From positions 1,204,961-1,268,960 of the forward strand of contig NZ_JASGHZ010000001.1 of NCBI RefSeq assembly GCF_047602155.1: 64,000 nt of DNA, given 5' to 3'. The notes beneath the pieces were generated by a model. It saw nothing but the letters and a program-made list of their open reading frames with translations, did no database searches and had not been told where the DNA came from. Position numbers and translations under genes: made by a program. Below, piece by piece: positions 1 through 8,200 of this stretch. Each line of letters starts with the position of its first letter. Within the stretch, counting starts at the first letter, position 1. This DNA comes from Microbacterium sp. Lineage in GTDB: Bacteria; Actinomycetota; Actinomycetes; Actinomycetales; Microbacteriaceae.

Positions 1-270
1 GGGACGCTCGCCGACGGTGTCGATGAGCACTGTCGCGGTCGAGCCGATGGCATCCTGCAGGGCGCGCTCGGCCTCGGCCGTGGAGGTGTAGGGGTGGTCG
101 AGCTCTTTCAGCCGGTGCACGGCGATGCTCGACGCGACGTCGCCGCCGGCGTGCCCGCCCATGCCGTCGGCGACGACGAACAGGTTCGAGCCGGCGTAGC
201 CCGAATCCTGGTTGTTGGAGCGCACCTTCCCCGTGTGGGAGATGGCGACGCTCGAGCCTTCGAACACCAT
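1..270 (-). CDS. pstP: PP2C-family Ser/Thr protein phosphatase, N-terminal 90 codons (gene continues past the left edge)
   Basis: Not in the ORF track because there is no stop in the window. My own minus-strand translation from the ATG at 270-268 gives MVFEGSSVAISHTGKVRSNNQDSGYAGSNLFVVADGMGGHAGGDVASSIAV..., which carries the PP2C ADGMGGH motif. It lies directly downstream of fhaA-fhaB, as in the conserved actinobacterial fhaA-fhaB-pstP cluster. Confidence 0.7.
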   Translation of the reverse strand, partial: MVFEGSSVAISHTGKVRSNNQDSGYAGSNLFVVADGMGGHAGGDVASSIAVHRLKELDHPYTSTAEAERALQDAIGSTATVLIDTVGERP

Positions 271-280
271 GACGCGGGGG

Positions 281-847
281 CTACTTCCTCAGCTCGAACG
301 TCGTCGCGCCGACCTTGATCGCCGCGCCCACGCGCACCGGAACGGGGGTCGTGACGCGGGCGCCGTCGTGCCAGGTGCCGTTGGTCGAGTCGAGATCCTG
401 GATCATCCACTGATCGCCCCACAGCAGCAGCCGAGCGTGGTGGCTGGAGGTGTAGTCGTCGCGGATGACGAGCCCCGACTCGCTGGAGCGCCCGATCGTC
501 AGCGCCTCGGTGCCGAGCGGCAGCTCCAGGCCGGCCTTCGGGCCGCTCGTGATGACGATGCGCGCGACGGCGTCGCGGGTCGCGGTCTGCGCGCCGGATG
601 CCGTCGGGGATGGCGCGCTCGCGCGCGCCGGGCTCGGTGCGGCGGCCGCCGCGACGGGGGCGACGGGGGCGGTGACCCCGGCAGGCGCGCCGGGACCCGA
701 GGGTGCCGCCGCCGGAGCCGGGTCGGGGAGCTTGCGCACCTTGACGCCGAACAGGTCGGCGCGCAGCGAGTAGACGACGGCGAAGACGAAGAACCACAGC
801 AGGATCAGGAAGCCGACCTGCAGCAGGAGCAGGGTGAGCTCGCTCAC
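281..847 (-). CDS. fhaB: FHA-domain membrane protein FhaB/FipA
   Basis: These are the last 188 codons of track ORF 281..2008. The GTG start at 847 overlaps the fhaA stop (GTGA). The protein has a TM helix LLLQVGFLILLWFFVFAVVY, a Pro/Ala-rich linker and a C-terminal FHA domain (IGRSSESGLVIRDDYTSSHHARL...DLDSTNGT). Confidence 0.8.
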   Translation of the reverse strand: MSELTLLLLQVGFLILLWFFVFAVVYSLRADLFGVKVRKLPDPAPAAAPSGPGAPAGVTAPVAPVAAAAAPSPARASAPSPTASGAQTATRDAVARIVITSGPKAGLELPLGTEALTIGRSSESGLVIRDDYTSSHHARLLLWGDQWMIQDLDSTNGTWHDGARVTTPVPVRVGAAIKVGATTFELRK

Positions 848-1575
848 GAGGCGCCCCCGATCCCGAAGGCGCGCGTGGCATCCGCCGCCGACATCGTGGG
901 CCGCGGCGGGGTCGCCTGCGCGACGACGTGGAACGCGATGTCGGTGCGGCCGATCGTGATGACCGAGTCGGGCAGCAGTGCGGCCTCGGCGACCTTGGTG
1001 CCGTTCAGCTGCGTGCCGTTGGTCGACCCGAGGTCGCGCACGAGGGCGCGCTCGCCGTCCCACAGGATCTCGACGTGGCGGCGGCTGGTGCCGGCATCCG
1101 GGATCGTGATGTCGGCGTCGCTGCCGCGGCCGATGACCGTGCGGCCCTTCTTCAGGGCGTGCCGCGTGCCGTCGATGTCGACGACGCCGCGCCAGGCGAC
1201 CTGCCCGGCGGCGGTCTGCGAGTCGACGCGCAGCGTGCCGGTGGGCAGCTGCGGGTCGGCGGCGAGGCCGATCGTGACGGGGCCGGCGAAGGTGAAGCCC
1301 TGCGCCTTGGCGTGCTTGTGCACGAGCTGCTGCAGTTCGTCGTCGAGGGTCTCGCCGAGCGAGCCCATCCGTTCGGCGTCGGAGGGCGACAGCCGCACCT
1401 GGAACGAGTTCGGTGCGAGGATGCGGTCGCGGCTGACCACGGCGGCCTTCGCGTCGAGCTCGCTGCGCAGGGCCGAAGCGATCTCGACGGGCTGAATGCC
1501 GCTGCGGAAGGACTTCGCGAACGCGCTGTTGACGGCGCGTTCGAGTCCCTTCTCGAAGCTGTCCAGTAGTCCCAC
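844..1575 (-). CDS. fhaA: FHA-domain protein FhaA (DUF3662-like N-terminus plus C-terminal FHA)
   Basis: Track ORF 844..1740, trimmed to the GTG at 1575 (VGLLDSFEKGLERAVNSAFAKSFRSGIQPVEIA...). The C-terminal FHA domain reads TVIGRGSDADITIPDAGTSRRHVEILWDGERALVRDLGSTNGT. It shows synteny with fhaB/pstP and tRNA-Leu. Confidence 0.8.
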   Translation of the reverse strand: MGLLDSFEKGLERAVNSAFAKSFRSGIQPVEIASALRSELDAKAAVVSRDRILAPNSFQVRLSPSDAERMGSLGETLDDELQQLVHKHAKAQGFTFAGPVTIGLAADPQLPTGTLRVDSQTAAGQVAWRGVVDIDGTRHALKKGRTVIGRGSDADITIPDAGTSRRHVEILWDGERALVRDLGSTNGTQLNGTKVAEAALLPDSVITIGRTDIAFHVVAQATPPRPTMSAADATRAFGIGGAS

Positions 1576-1746
1576 GGGGCTCCTCAGGCTCGCCGACCGG
1601 TGCGTACATGCTAATTGCACAGCCTGGGCGCGAGCGGCACGTTGCGATTTCGGCGGGTGGCGGCGCGGTGGGCCCCCGCCTCGGATTCTGCCTGCGACGC
1701 CCTGCGTGATATCCTCGGGAGGTTGAGTCCGTGGCGACACGGATTC

Positions 1747-1830
1747 GCGCGAGTGGCGGAATAGGTAGACGCGCTGGCTTCAGGTGCCAGTGCCCGAAAG
1801 GGCGTGGGGGTTCAAGTCCCCCCTCGCGCA
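1747..1830 (+). tRNA. tRNA-Leu (anticodon CAG), class II with long variable arm, CCA not encoded
   Basis: Acceptor stem GCGCGAG (1747-1753) pairs with CTCGCGC (1823-1829), followed by discriminator A1830. The D-arm reads TGGCGGAATAGGTAGACGC. The anticodon stem CTGGC/GCCAG has loop TTCAGGT, giving anticodon CAG. The T-arm reads GGGGGTTCAAGTCCCCC. The position upstream of fhaA matches other actinobacteria. Confidence 0.85.
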
Positions 1831-1886
1831 CGACAGGAAAAGGGTCCCGATCGGGCCCTTTCCCATTCCCGTCATCGCTCCCCCGC

Positions 1887-1958
1887 CGCGATTCTGCCCG
1901 TCGCGATTCTGCCGTCGCGATTCTGCCGTCGCGATTCTGCCCGTCGCGATTCTGCCGT
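1887..1958. repeat. Five tandem copies of a 14-15 bp unit cgcgattctgcc(c)gt
   Basis: Read directly from the sequence. Copies start at 1887, 1902, 1916, 1930 and 1945. Confidence 0.85.
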
Positions 1959-2040
1959 CGCGAAAAACGGAGAAACCGCGAAAAACGGATGCGTGGTGCC
2001 CGTGGCATCCGTTTTTCGCGACATTTCCGTTTTTCGCGAC
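1957..2040. repeat. Two-tier hairpin (A-A-loop-A'-A' architecture) built from cgcgaaaaacgga
   Basis: The outer arms gtcgcgaaaaacgga (1957-1971) and tccgtttttcgcgac (2026-2040) pair. The inner arms cgcgaaaaacggatgc and gcatccgtttttcgcg pair around the loop gtggtgcccgtg. Confidence 0.8.
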
Positions 2041-2154
2041 AGCGGCGATGCCGCGACGGCGCGGATGCCGACGGCCGCGGTGGCGGTATCGCCGTTGCGA
2101 CGGCGGCGACGGCGACGGCGGCGACGGCCGACGGTGGCGACGGCCGACGGGGGC

Positions 2155-2805
2155 TCAGCCGACGCCGTGCAGCGTGCGGAGGGTGCGCTCGGCGCCGTCG
2201 GCATCGCGGGCGGCGATCTGTGCGCGCAGCGTCAGATAGTCGTCGGCGCGCGCCAGCGGGCCGGCGACGAACGGGGTCCAGCCGCGCAGATTCCGCTGGA
2301 TCGCCAACCCCGCTTCTCGGACGACGCCGATGAAGACGCCGTTGTGCGTCGCCAAGGTCACGAGCTCGAACATCGCCGCCGACGCCTCGAACACCAGCAG
2401 CGGAACCCCCGCCCGGGCGCTGTCGACCACGGCATCCGCCGCGTGAAGGATGCCGTCGAGCTCCTCCTCGGAGGCCTCGCTCAGGGCCATCCGCAACGCG
2501 TTGCCCATGAGGTACGCGGTGAACACGCCCGTCTCTTCGCGCAGTCGGTCGTCGGGTTCGGACACCCGCGTGTAGCGTCCGACGGCGACCTCCACCAGCC
2601 CGAAGCGTTCCAGCCGTTGCAGCGCTTCGCGCACGGGAGTGCGCGACACCCCCAGCTGCAGGGCGAGATCGGTATCGCGCAGGTGCGCGCCGGCGACGAG
2701 GGTGCCGTCGAGAATGGCGGCGCCGATGCGGCTGTAGACCTCGTCGCTGAGGATCGTGCCTGTGCTCAGGTCGATCGGGGCAAGAAGCACGGTCATGTCG
2801 CGCAC
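2155..2805 (-). CDS. GntR-family transcriptional regulator (FadR/FCD-like C-terminal domain)
   Basis: Track ORF of 216 aa. The N-terminal winged HTH reads [54 protein letters not shown]. The start may instead be the ATG at 2796. Confidence 0.75.
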   Translation of the reverse strand: MRDMTVLLAPIDLSTGTILSDEVYSRIGAAILDGTLVAGAHLRDTDLALQLGVSRTPVREALQRLERFGLVEVAVGRYTRVSEPDDRLREETGVFTAYLMGNALRMALSEASEEELDGILHAADAVVDSARAGVPLLVFEASAAMFELVTLATHNGVFIGVVREAGLAIQRNLRGWTPFVAGPLARADDYLTLRAQIAARDADGAERTLRTLHGVG

Positions 2806-3141
2806 AGTTTACGTGTCGTGCATGTGAAGGGAAGAGCGGATGCCATGCCTACCTCGCGCTGGAACAGTTCACGGCGATTTCCCGGATTGCGCCCCCGCAC
2901 GCCCATCGTTATATCAGTACAGTGGAGACAGCCACGCTATGCGTGGCCTATCCGGGGGGATCCGTCGACGCCCGGGCGTGCGCATTTGTGCGTATTCTGC
3001 CCGGGCGTCGAATGGTTAACCGGCTCGTCGTGCAACGTTTGTGTCACCATCTCTCATGGAGTGCCCCGTCCGGGCCGCGACCCCGTTAGCGTTGACCCGA
3101 CGGCGCACTCGCGCCGGCATCGCATGCAAGTAAGGCAGCTC

Positions 3142-3348
3142 ATGAGCACCAGCGGTACCGTCAAGTGGTTCAACTCGGAGAAGGGCTTCGGGTTCATCGC
3201 GCCCGATGAGGGCGGCGCCGACGTGTTCGCCCACTACTCCGCCATCCAGTCGGGCGGTTACCGCTCGCTCGAGGAGAACCAGCGCGTCGAGTTCGAGATC
3301 GCCCAGGGTCCCGAGGGCCTGCAGGCGGAGAACATCCGACCGCTCTGA
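3142..3348 (+). CDS. cspA: Cold-shock protein (CSD)
   Basis: These are the last 68 codons of track ORF 1804..3348: [53 protein letters not shown]. The RNP1 (KGFGFI) and RNP2 (VFAHY) motifs are present. It is preceded by about 330 bp of non-coding sequence. Confidence 0.9.
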   Translation: MSTSGTVKWFNSEKGFGFIAPDEGGADVFAHYSAIQSGGYRSLEENQRVEFEIAQGPEGLQAENIRPL

Positions 3349-3369
3349 GTCTGAGCGGCCCCCGGGCCG

Positions 3370-4620
3370 TCAGCCTCTCGTCATCCGGTCATAGTCCGCG
3401 AGGGCTATGGCGTCTTCGGCGTGCCGGGTGGCCCGGCGCGCGGCATCCAATGCCTCGACCGGGTCGCCGGCCGCCCGCGCTGCGGCCAGCTCGCGCTGGG
3501 CCGCTGCCAGGCGCACGCGCGCATCGACGCCCGCGTGGGATGCCGTCGGCTCGGCCCGGGCGATCGTGTCGCGTGCGACCGACAGTGCCCCCGGCAGCGC
3601 GGAGCGCGCGCCGCGCAACCGCTGCTGCGCCGTGCGGGCATCGCCCACGGCGAGGTCGAGCCGATCGCGCAGCCGCGCGATGCGCTCGACCGTCGCGGCG
3701 GGCCGGCGCCCTGCTCCGGGCTCGAGCGCCGTGAGCTCGGCCTCGGCGTCGTGCAGAGCCTTGCCGAGCCGTTCCGCGTCGGCGGGCTCCAGCGTCTCGC
3801 GCAGCGCGGCGGAGGCGCGCAGCGCGGTGCGGGCCTGGGCGAACTCCTCCGGGAGCGCGGCGGCGGCATCCGTCACGAGCCGGCACCGTTCCTCGAACCG
3901 GCGCGTCGACTCGGCCGCCGCGCGCAGCGCCCGCTCGGCGTCGGCGAGCACGGGAAGGGCCGACCGGGTCGGGTCTTCGGCGCGCGCGGCCGCGTCGGCG
4001 ACGAGACGTTCGGCGTCGGCGAGGGATGCCGTCGCCTGGGCGGCGGCTCGCTCGGCGTCGATCCACTCGCTGCGGTCGTGCTGCGCGGCGAGCCGTGCGA
4101 GGAGCCCACCGGGGTCGCCGAGCTCGGCGCGCTGCGCCACGAGCCGTTCGCGGGCGGCCGTGACCTGGACGGCGGCGCTGACGTTCTGGGCCATCCACGC
4201 GGCGTGCCCGGATCGGGCCCGCGCGATCGCCGCGAGCGCGCCGTCGGTGCGGGAGCGGATGCCGCGCGCCCGGCGCGCGGCCTCGTGCGCCGGGGCGCCC
4301 GCGAGCGCGCGATACTCCTCGAAGGCCGCGTCGCGGACGTGCTGCGCCGTCATCCGCGCCCGTCGCAGCGCGGCCGGGGCCGACCCGTCGTAGAGCGCTC
4401 CGGACAGTCCGACCTCGAGGTCGAGCTCGGCGACGGCGTCGTCGAGCCGCACGAGAGCCGAGCCGGCCTGCACCCGTTCGGCGTCGGCCGCGGCCCGCAC
4501 GGCGGGTGAGCGCCGGTGCAGCAGCACCGCGCCGACGGCGATCGCGACGAGGAACGCCGCTCCGCTGAAGACCACGAGGGAGGGGACCACCCACCCCCAC
4601 GCGTCGACCGGCGCATCCAT
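3370..4620 (-). CDS. Hypothetical membrane-anchored Ala/Arg-rich coiled-coil protein
   Basis: Track ORF 3370..4710, trimmed to the ATG at 4620 to avoid overlap with the HAD gene. It has an N-terminal TM helix (WGWVVPSLVVFSGAAFLVAIAVGAVLL) followed by about 380 aa of helical low-complexity sequence. I recognise no domain. Confidence 0.5.
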   Translation of the reverse strand: MDAPVDAWGWVVPSLVVFSGAAFLVAIAVGAVLLHRRSPAVRAAADAERVQAGSALVRLDDAVAELDLEVGLSGALYDGSAPAALRRARMTAQHVRDAAFEEYRALAGAPAHEAARRARGIRSRTDGALAAIARARSGHAAWMAQNVSAAVQVTAARERLVAQRAELGDPGGLLARLAAQHDRSEWIDAERAAAQATASLADAERLVADAAARAEDPTRSALPVLADAERALRAAAESTRRFEERCRLVTDAAAALPEEFAQARTALRASAALRETLEPADAERLGKALHDAEAELTALEPGAGRRPAATVERIARLRDRLDLAVGDARTAQQRLRGARSALPGALSVARDTIARAEPTASHAGVDARVRLAAAQRELAAARAAGDPVEALDAARRATRHAEDAIALADYDRMTRG

Positions 4621-4627
4621 CGGCGGG

Positions 4628-5323
4628 CTAGGCCTGGAGCTCGTCGGCCGGGTCGTCGAGCAGCAGCAGGGCGCGCAACTGGCGGGCGTCGTCGACGACG
4701 GCCGCCGCACCCTCCGACTCGTACGGCCAGCCGAATCCCCATCGCGCGAAGATCACCGGCACGCCGTGCTCGGCGGCGCCGTCGACGTCGTGGTGGCGGT
4801 CGCCGATGAGTACGGGACGGCTCGTGTCGTGGCCGCCGGCATGCAGCTGGCGCAGCGCCTCGGCGACGACCGCCGACTTCGAGGCGCGGGTCTTCTCGTC
4901 GGGCGTCGCGCCGACGACGACCTGCAGATGCCGGGCGAGGTCGAAGTGGTCCATGAGCACCTCGACCTGGTGCTCCGGTTTCGAGCTGGCGGTGGCCTGC
5001 GCGATGCCGGCGGCATCCACCTCCGCGATGAGCTCGGCGATGCCGGGGTAGAGCCGGGCACCGGAGGCGTACCCCTCGGCCTTGCCGATGACGCGGTAGC
5101 GCGCGGTGGCTTCGGCCGCCTGTTCGGGGGTCATGCCGACGTTCGTCTGGAACGATTCGTGCATCGGCGGGCCGATCCAGTGCACGAGCTCTTCGCGGGT
5201 CGGCGCGGGCAGCCCGTAGTCGGTGAGGCACCGCGTGAGGCGGCGGAGGATGCCCTCGGACGCATCGACGACCGTGCCGTCGATGTCCCACAGCACGCAG
5301 GTCCAGGGTGATCTCGCCGCCAT
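4628..5323 (-). CDS. HAD-superfamily hydrolase (phosphoglycolate phosphatase-like)
   Basis: Track ORF of 231 aa. HAD motif I is VLWDIDGTVVD. A motif IV-like GDRHHDVDGA lies near the C-terminus. Confidence 0.75.
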   Translation of the reverse strand: MAARSPWTCVLWDIDGTVVDASEGILRRLTRCLTDYGLPAPTREELVHWIGPPMHESFQTNVGMTPEQAAEATARYRVIGKAEGYASGARLYPGIAELIAEVDAAGIAQATASSKPEHQVEVLMDHFDLARHLQVVVGATPDEKTRASKSAVVAEALRQLHAGGHDTSRPVLIGDRHHDVDGAAEHGVPVIFARWGFGWPYESEGAAAVVDDARQLRALLLLDDPADELQA

Positions 5324-5372
5324 GCCGCCAGCCTACCGGCGCCTCCCCGCGTCCCCCGCCCGCCGCGTCGTC

Positions 5373-5460
5373 CGCGAAACCTCGCAAATGTCCGCTTCTA
5401 GACCGGTTCGCACGGCGTGTCGCGTGCATTTGTGAGGTTTCGCGAGACCTCAGAGATGTC
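5373..5460. repeat. Hairpin repeat of the cgcgaaacctcaca.atgtccgc family
   Basis: Arm cgcgaaacctcgcaaatg (5373-5390) pairs with catttgtgaggtttcgcg (5427-5444). A further half-copy cgcgagacctcagagatgtc follows. The same family occurs at 22534-22672. Confidence 0.8.
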
Positions 5461-5463
5461 GGG

Positions 5464-6156
5464 TCAGAACAGGCGCGGGGCGCCGGACTCGGTGCCCTTC
5501 ATGCCCTCGTAGTCGAGAGTGACGCAGCGGATGCCGCGGTCGGCGGCGAGCACCTTCGCCTGCGGCTTGATCTCCTGCGCCGCGAACACGCCCGTGACCG
5601 GGGCGAGGTGCGGATCGCGCCCCAGCAGCTCGAGGTAGCGGGTGAGCTGCTCGACGCCGTCGATGTCGCCGCGGCGCTTGACCTCGACCGCGACGGTGCC
5701 GCCGGCCGGGTTGCGCAGCAGCAGGTCGACGGGGCCGATCGCCGTCGGGAACTCGCGGCGCACGAGGGTCAGCCCGTCGCCGATCACCTCGACCTGCTCG
5801 GCGAGCAGCCGCTGCAGGTCGGCCTCGACGCCGTCCTTCTGCAGCCCGGGGTCGATGCCCAGTTCGTGCGATGAGTCGTGCAGCACCTCGTAGATGCGCA
5901 CGAGCAGCGCATCTCCGGTCTTGCTGTGGGTCACGCGCCAGTGCTCGATCACGCCCGCGCCGGCCGAGTCGGCATCCGGCTCTTCGACCGTGAGCGTGCA
6001 CGGCGGGCTCATCCAGTTCAGCGGCGCGTGCTGGATGTCGCGATGGAACGCGACCGTCCCGTCGGCTTTGATCATGATGAGACGCGTGGCGAGCGGGAGA
6101 TGAGTGTTCAGCCGGCCCGAGTAGTCGACGGAGCAGCGGGCGATAATGAGACGCAC
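5464..6156 (-). CDS. nucS: Endonuclease NucS (EndoMS, mismatch-specific endonuclease)
   Basis: Track ORF of 230 aa: [38 protein letters not shown]...[38 protein letters not shown]. This is the typical actinobacterial NucS with a RecB-like nuclease C-domain. Confidence 0.9.
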   Translation of the reverse strand: MRLIIARCSVDYSGRLNTHLPLATRLIMIKADGTVAFHRDIQHAPLNWMSPPCTLTVEEPDADSAGAGVIEHWRVTHSKTGDALLVRIYEVLHDSSHELGIDPGLQKDGVEADLQRLLAEQVEVIGDGLTLVRREFPTAIGPVDLLLRNPAGGTVAVEVKRRGDIDGVEQLTRYLELLGRDPHLAPVTGVFAAQEIKPQAKVLAADRGIRCVTLDYEGMKGTESGAPRLF

Positions 6157-6202
6157 CGCTCAAGTCTGACAGGCGGCAACGGATGCTCGGGGGCACGCAG
6201 CG

Positions 6203-6664
6203 ATGGATGAGGCACGGACGCGAAGGATGACCGTCGAGGATGCCGGCGAAGTTCTCACCCTGCAACGCGCCGCGTACGCGACCGAAGCGCAGATCTACGG
6301 CGACCCGTTTCTCCCGGCACTGACCCAGACACTGAGCGAACTTCAGGACGAGCTGCGCGTCGGCAGCGGCGCCGTCGCGCTGGACGGGGCGAGGATCGTC
6401 GCCGCGGTGCGCTGGACGGTGGAGAACGGAACAGTTCACATCGGACGCCTGACGGTCGCCCCGGATCAGCAAGGCAAAGGGCTCGGCACCACGCTCCTGC
6501 GCCGCGCCGAGCACGATTCACAGGCGACGCGCGCCGAGTTGTTCACCGGACACTTGAGCCAGGCGAACATCAGGCTCTACGTGCGCGAAGGTTACGCCGA
6601 AACCCGACGCGAGACCCTGCGCGACGGAGTGGAACTCGTCTACCTCGTCAAGCCGCTCTCGTAG
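6203..6664 (+). CDS. GNAT-family N-acetyltransferase
   Basis: Track ORF of 153 aa. The acetyl-CoA binding segment reads RLTVAPDQQGKGLGTTLLRRAE. The start may instead be the ATG at 6227. Confidence 0.75.
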   Translation: MDEARTRRMTVEDAGEVLTLQRAAYATEAQIYGDPFLPALTQTLSELQDELRVGSGAVALDGARIVAAVRWTVENGTVHIGRLTVAPDQQGKGLGTTLLRRAEHDSQATRAELFTGHLSQANIRLYVREGYAETRRETLRDGVELVYLVKPLS

Positions 6665-6870
6665 CGAGTGGGGGCGGCATCCGGCGGCGCGTCGGGCGGG
6701 GGCGGCATCCGGCGGTGCGCTGCGTCATCCGTCGCGAATCGTGGCGATTGCGCCGGATGGCCGCGGTTTGGGTCGGATGAAGGCGGGGGCGGCCGGTTCA
6801 TCCGGCGCAAGTCGTGGTCAAGGCGCGGGATAGCCGTGATTCGCGACGGATGAAGGCGGGGGCGGGGGAG
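6665..6870. repeat. Repeat-rich convergent intergenic region
   Basis: Direct copies of gggggcggcatccggcgg (x2) and ggatgaaggcgggggcgg (x2) are present. The distal inverted arms tcatccgtcgcgaatc (6726-6741) and gattcgcgacggatga (6838-6853) also pair. Confidence 0.7.
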
Positions 6871-6916
6871 CAGGATGCCGGCATCCCACGGTGCGCCGGC
6901 GCCGAGGGGCGAGGGG

Positions 6917-8143
6917 TCAGTGGTGGCCGGCGCCGACCTTCGAGCCGGCGATGGGCTTCGCGGCGCCCGAGGCGAAGCCGCTCATGACGATGAGGGCGAC
7001 GATGATCCAGAGGGTGGGCAGGATGCCGATCTGGTGGCTGATCCAGCCCAGCACGGGCGGGCCGCACAGAAACGCGACATAGCCGATGGTGGCGGCGGCC
7101 GACACCGAGGCGGCGGCCTTCGCGGGGTCGTCGGCGGCGGCCGACATCCCGAGGGGGAAGCCGAGCGAGGCGCCCAGGCCCCACAGCGCGACGCCGATGA
7201 AGGCGACCGGCAGGTTCGGCGCGAGGATGAAGGTCACGAGGCCCGCCGCCGCCATGACGGCGAGGATGCGGAGGGTCCAGACGCGGCCGATCCAGTCGAC
7301 GGCGGGCCCGCCCAGGGCGCGGAAGGTCGTCATCGCGATCGAGAACACGGTGAGGAAGATCGCGCCGGTCGCCTCGGACAGGTTGTGCCCGTCGACGGCG
7401 GCGATCGCCAGCCAGTCGCTGGCGCTGCCCTCGGCGAAGGCCATGCCGAGGATGATGGCGCCGATCGCGTAGGTGCGCGGATCGCGCCAGACCGCGAGGG
7501 CGGCGTGCAGGCGTTCGCCGCGGGTCGCGGGCGTCGCGTCGCCGCCGTCGGCGAGCGTCCGCGCGGGGAAGTACCGCAGCGCGAAGACGGCGATCGCCAA
7601 CCAGACGAGCGCGACCGCACCCAGGTGCCACGTCACCCGGACCCCCCATGCGACGATCCCGACGCCGATGGCTGCGCCGACGACGGTGCCGAAGCTGAAG
7701 AACGCGTGGAACAGCGGCATGAGCGTCTTGCCGAACGACTGCTCGACGGCGGCGGCCTCGACGTTCATCATGACGTCGGTCGACCCGATCGCCATGCCGG
7801 TCAGGGCGAGGCCCGCGACGGCGAGCGGGTAGGACAGGAGCGCATCGACACCCAGTGCGACGATCATCAGTCCCGCCCCCATGGCCACGACGGTGCCCGA
7901 CAGGCCGCGCTTGGCGCCCCAGTGCGTCACGATGTAGTTGGCGAGCATGACGCCGGTGAGCGAGCCCGCTCCCATCGCGAACAGCAGGATGCCGACCTGG
8001 AAGTCGTCGATGCCCAGGTTCACCTTGACGGCCGGAAGACGCGCGGCCCACGACGCGAACACGATGCCGCACATGAAGAAGAGCGTGAAGACGGCGGTGC
8101 GCCAGTGGACGAGTTGCGGACGCGTCGGGGCGGTGGTGGTCAC
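6917..8143 (-). CDS. MFS transporter
   Basis: Track ORF of 408 aa. It is hydrophobic throughout, with about 12 predicted TM segments and a typical MFS layout. Confidence 0.8.
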   Translation of the reverse strand: MTTTAPTRPQLVHWRTAVFTLFFMCGIVFASWAARLPAVKVNLGIDDFQVGILLFAMGAGSLTGVMLANYIVTHWGAKRGLSGTVVAMGAGLMIVALGVDALLSYPLAVAGLALTGMAIGSTDVMMNVEAAAVEQSFGKTLMPLFHAFFSFGTVVGAAIGVGIVAWGVRVTWHLGAVALVWLAIAVFALRYFPARTLADGGDATPATRGERLHAALAVWRDPRTYAIGAIILGMAFAEGSASDWLAIAAVDGHNLSEATGAIFLTVFSIAMTTFRALGGPAVDWIGRVWTLRILAVMAAAGLVTFILAPNLPVAFIGVALWGLGASLGFPLGMSAAADDPAKAAASVSAAATIGYVAFLCGPPVLGWISHQIGILPTLWIIVALIVMSGFASGAAKPIAGSKVGAGHH

Positions 8144-8200
8144 CGGAGAAGTCTAGCGAATCGATTCGATCGAACGGCCCGGCCGGGCTAGCATCGAAAG

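Noticed and set aside
281-2008. A 575-aa ORF extending fhaB upstream across fhaA and the tRNA-Leu gene.
   Set aside because: Only the last 188 codons look like FhaB. The upstream part is junk-like and runs antisense through a tRNA and the repeat block.
2886-2915. A possible cspA promoter (TTGCGC-16/17-TTATAT/TATATC) with a long 5' UTR.
   Set aside because: The hexamers are weak and several alternatives exist. I cannot support a specific call without TSS data. The long non-coding leader itself is normal for csp genes.
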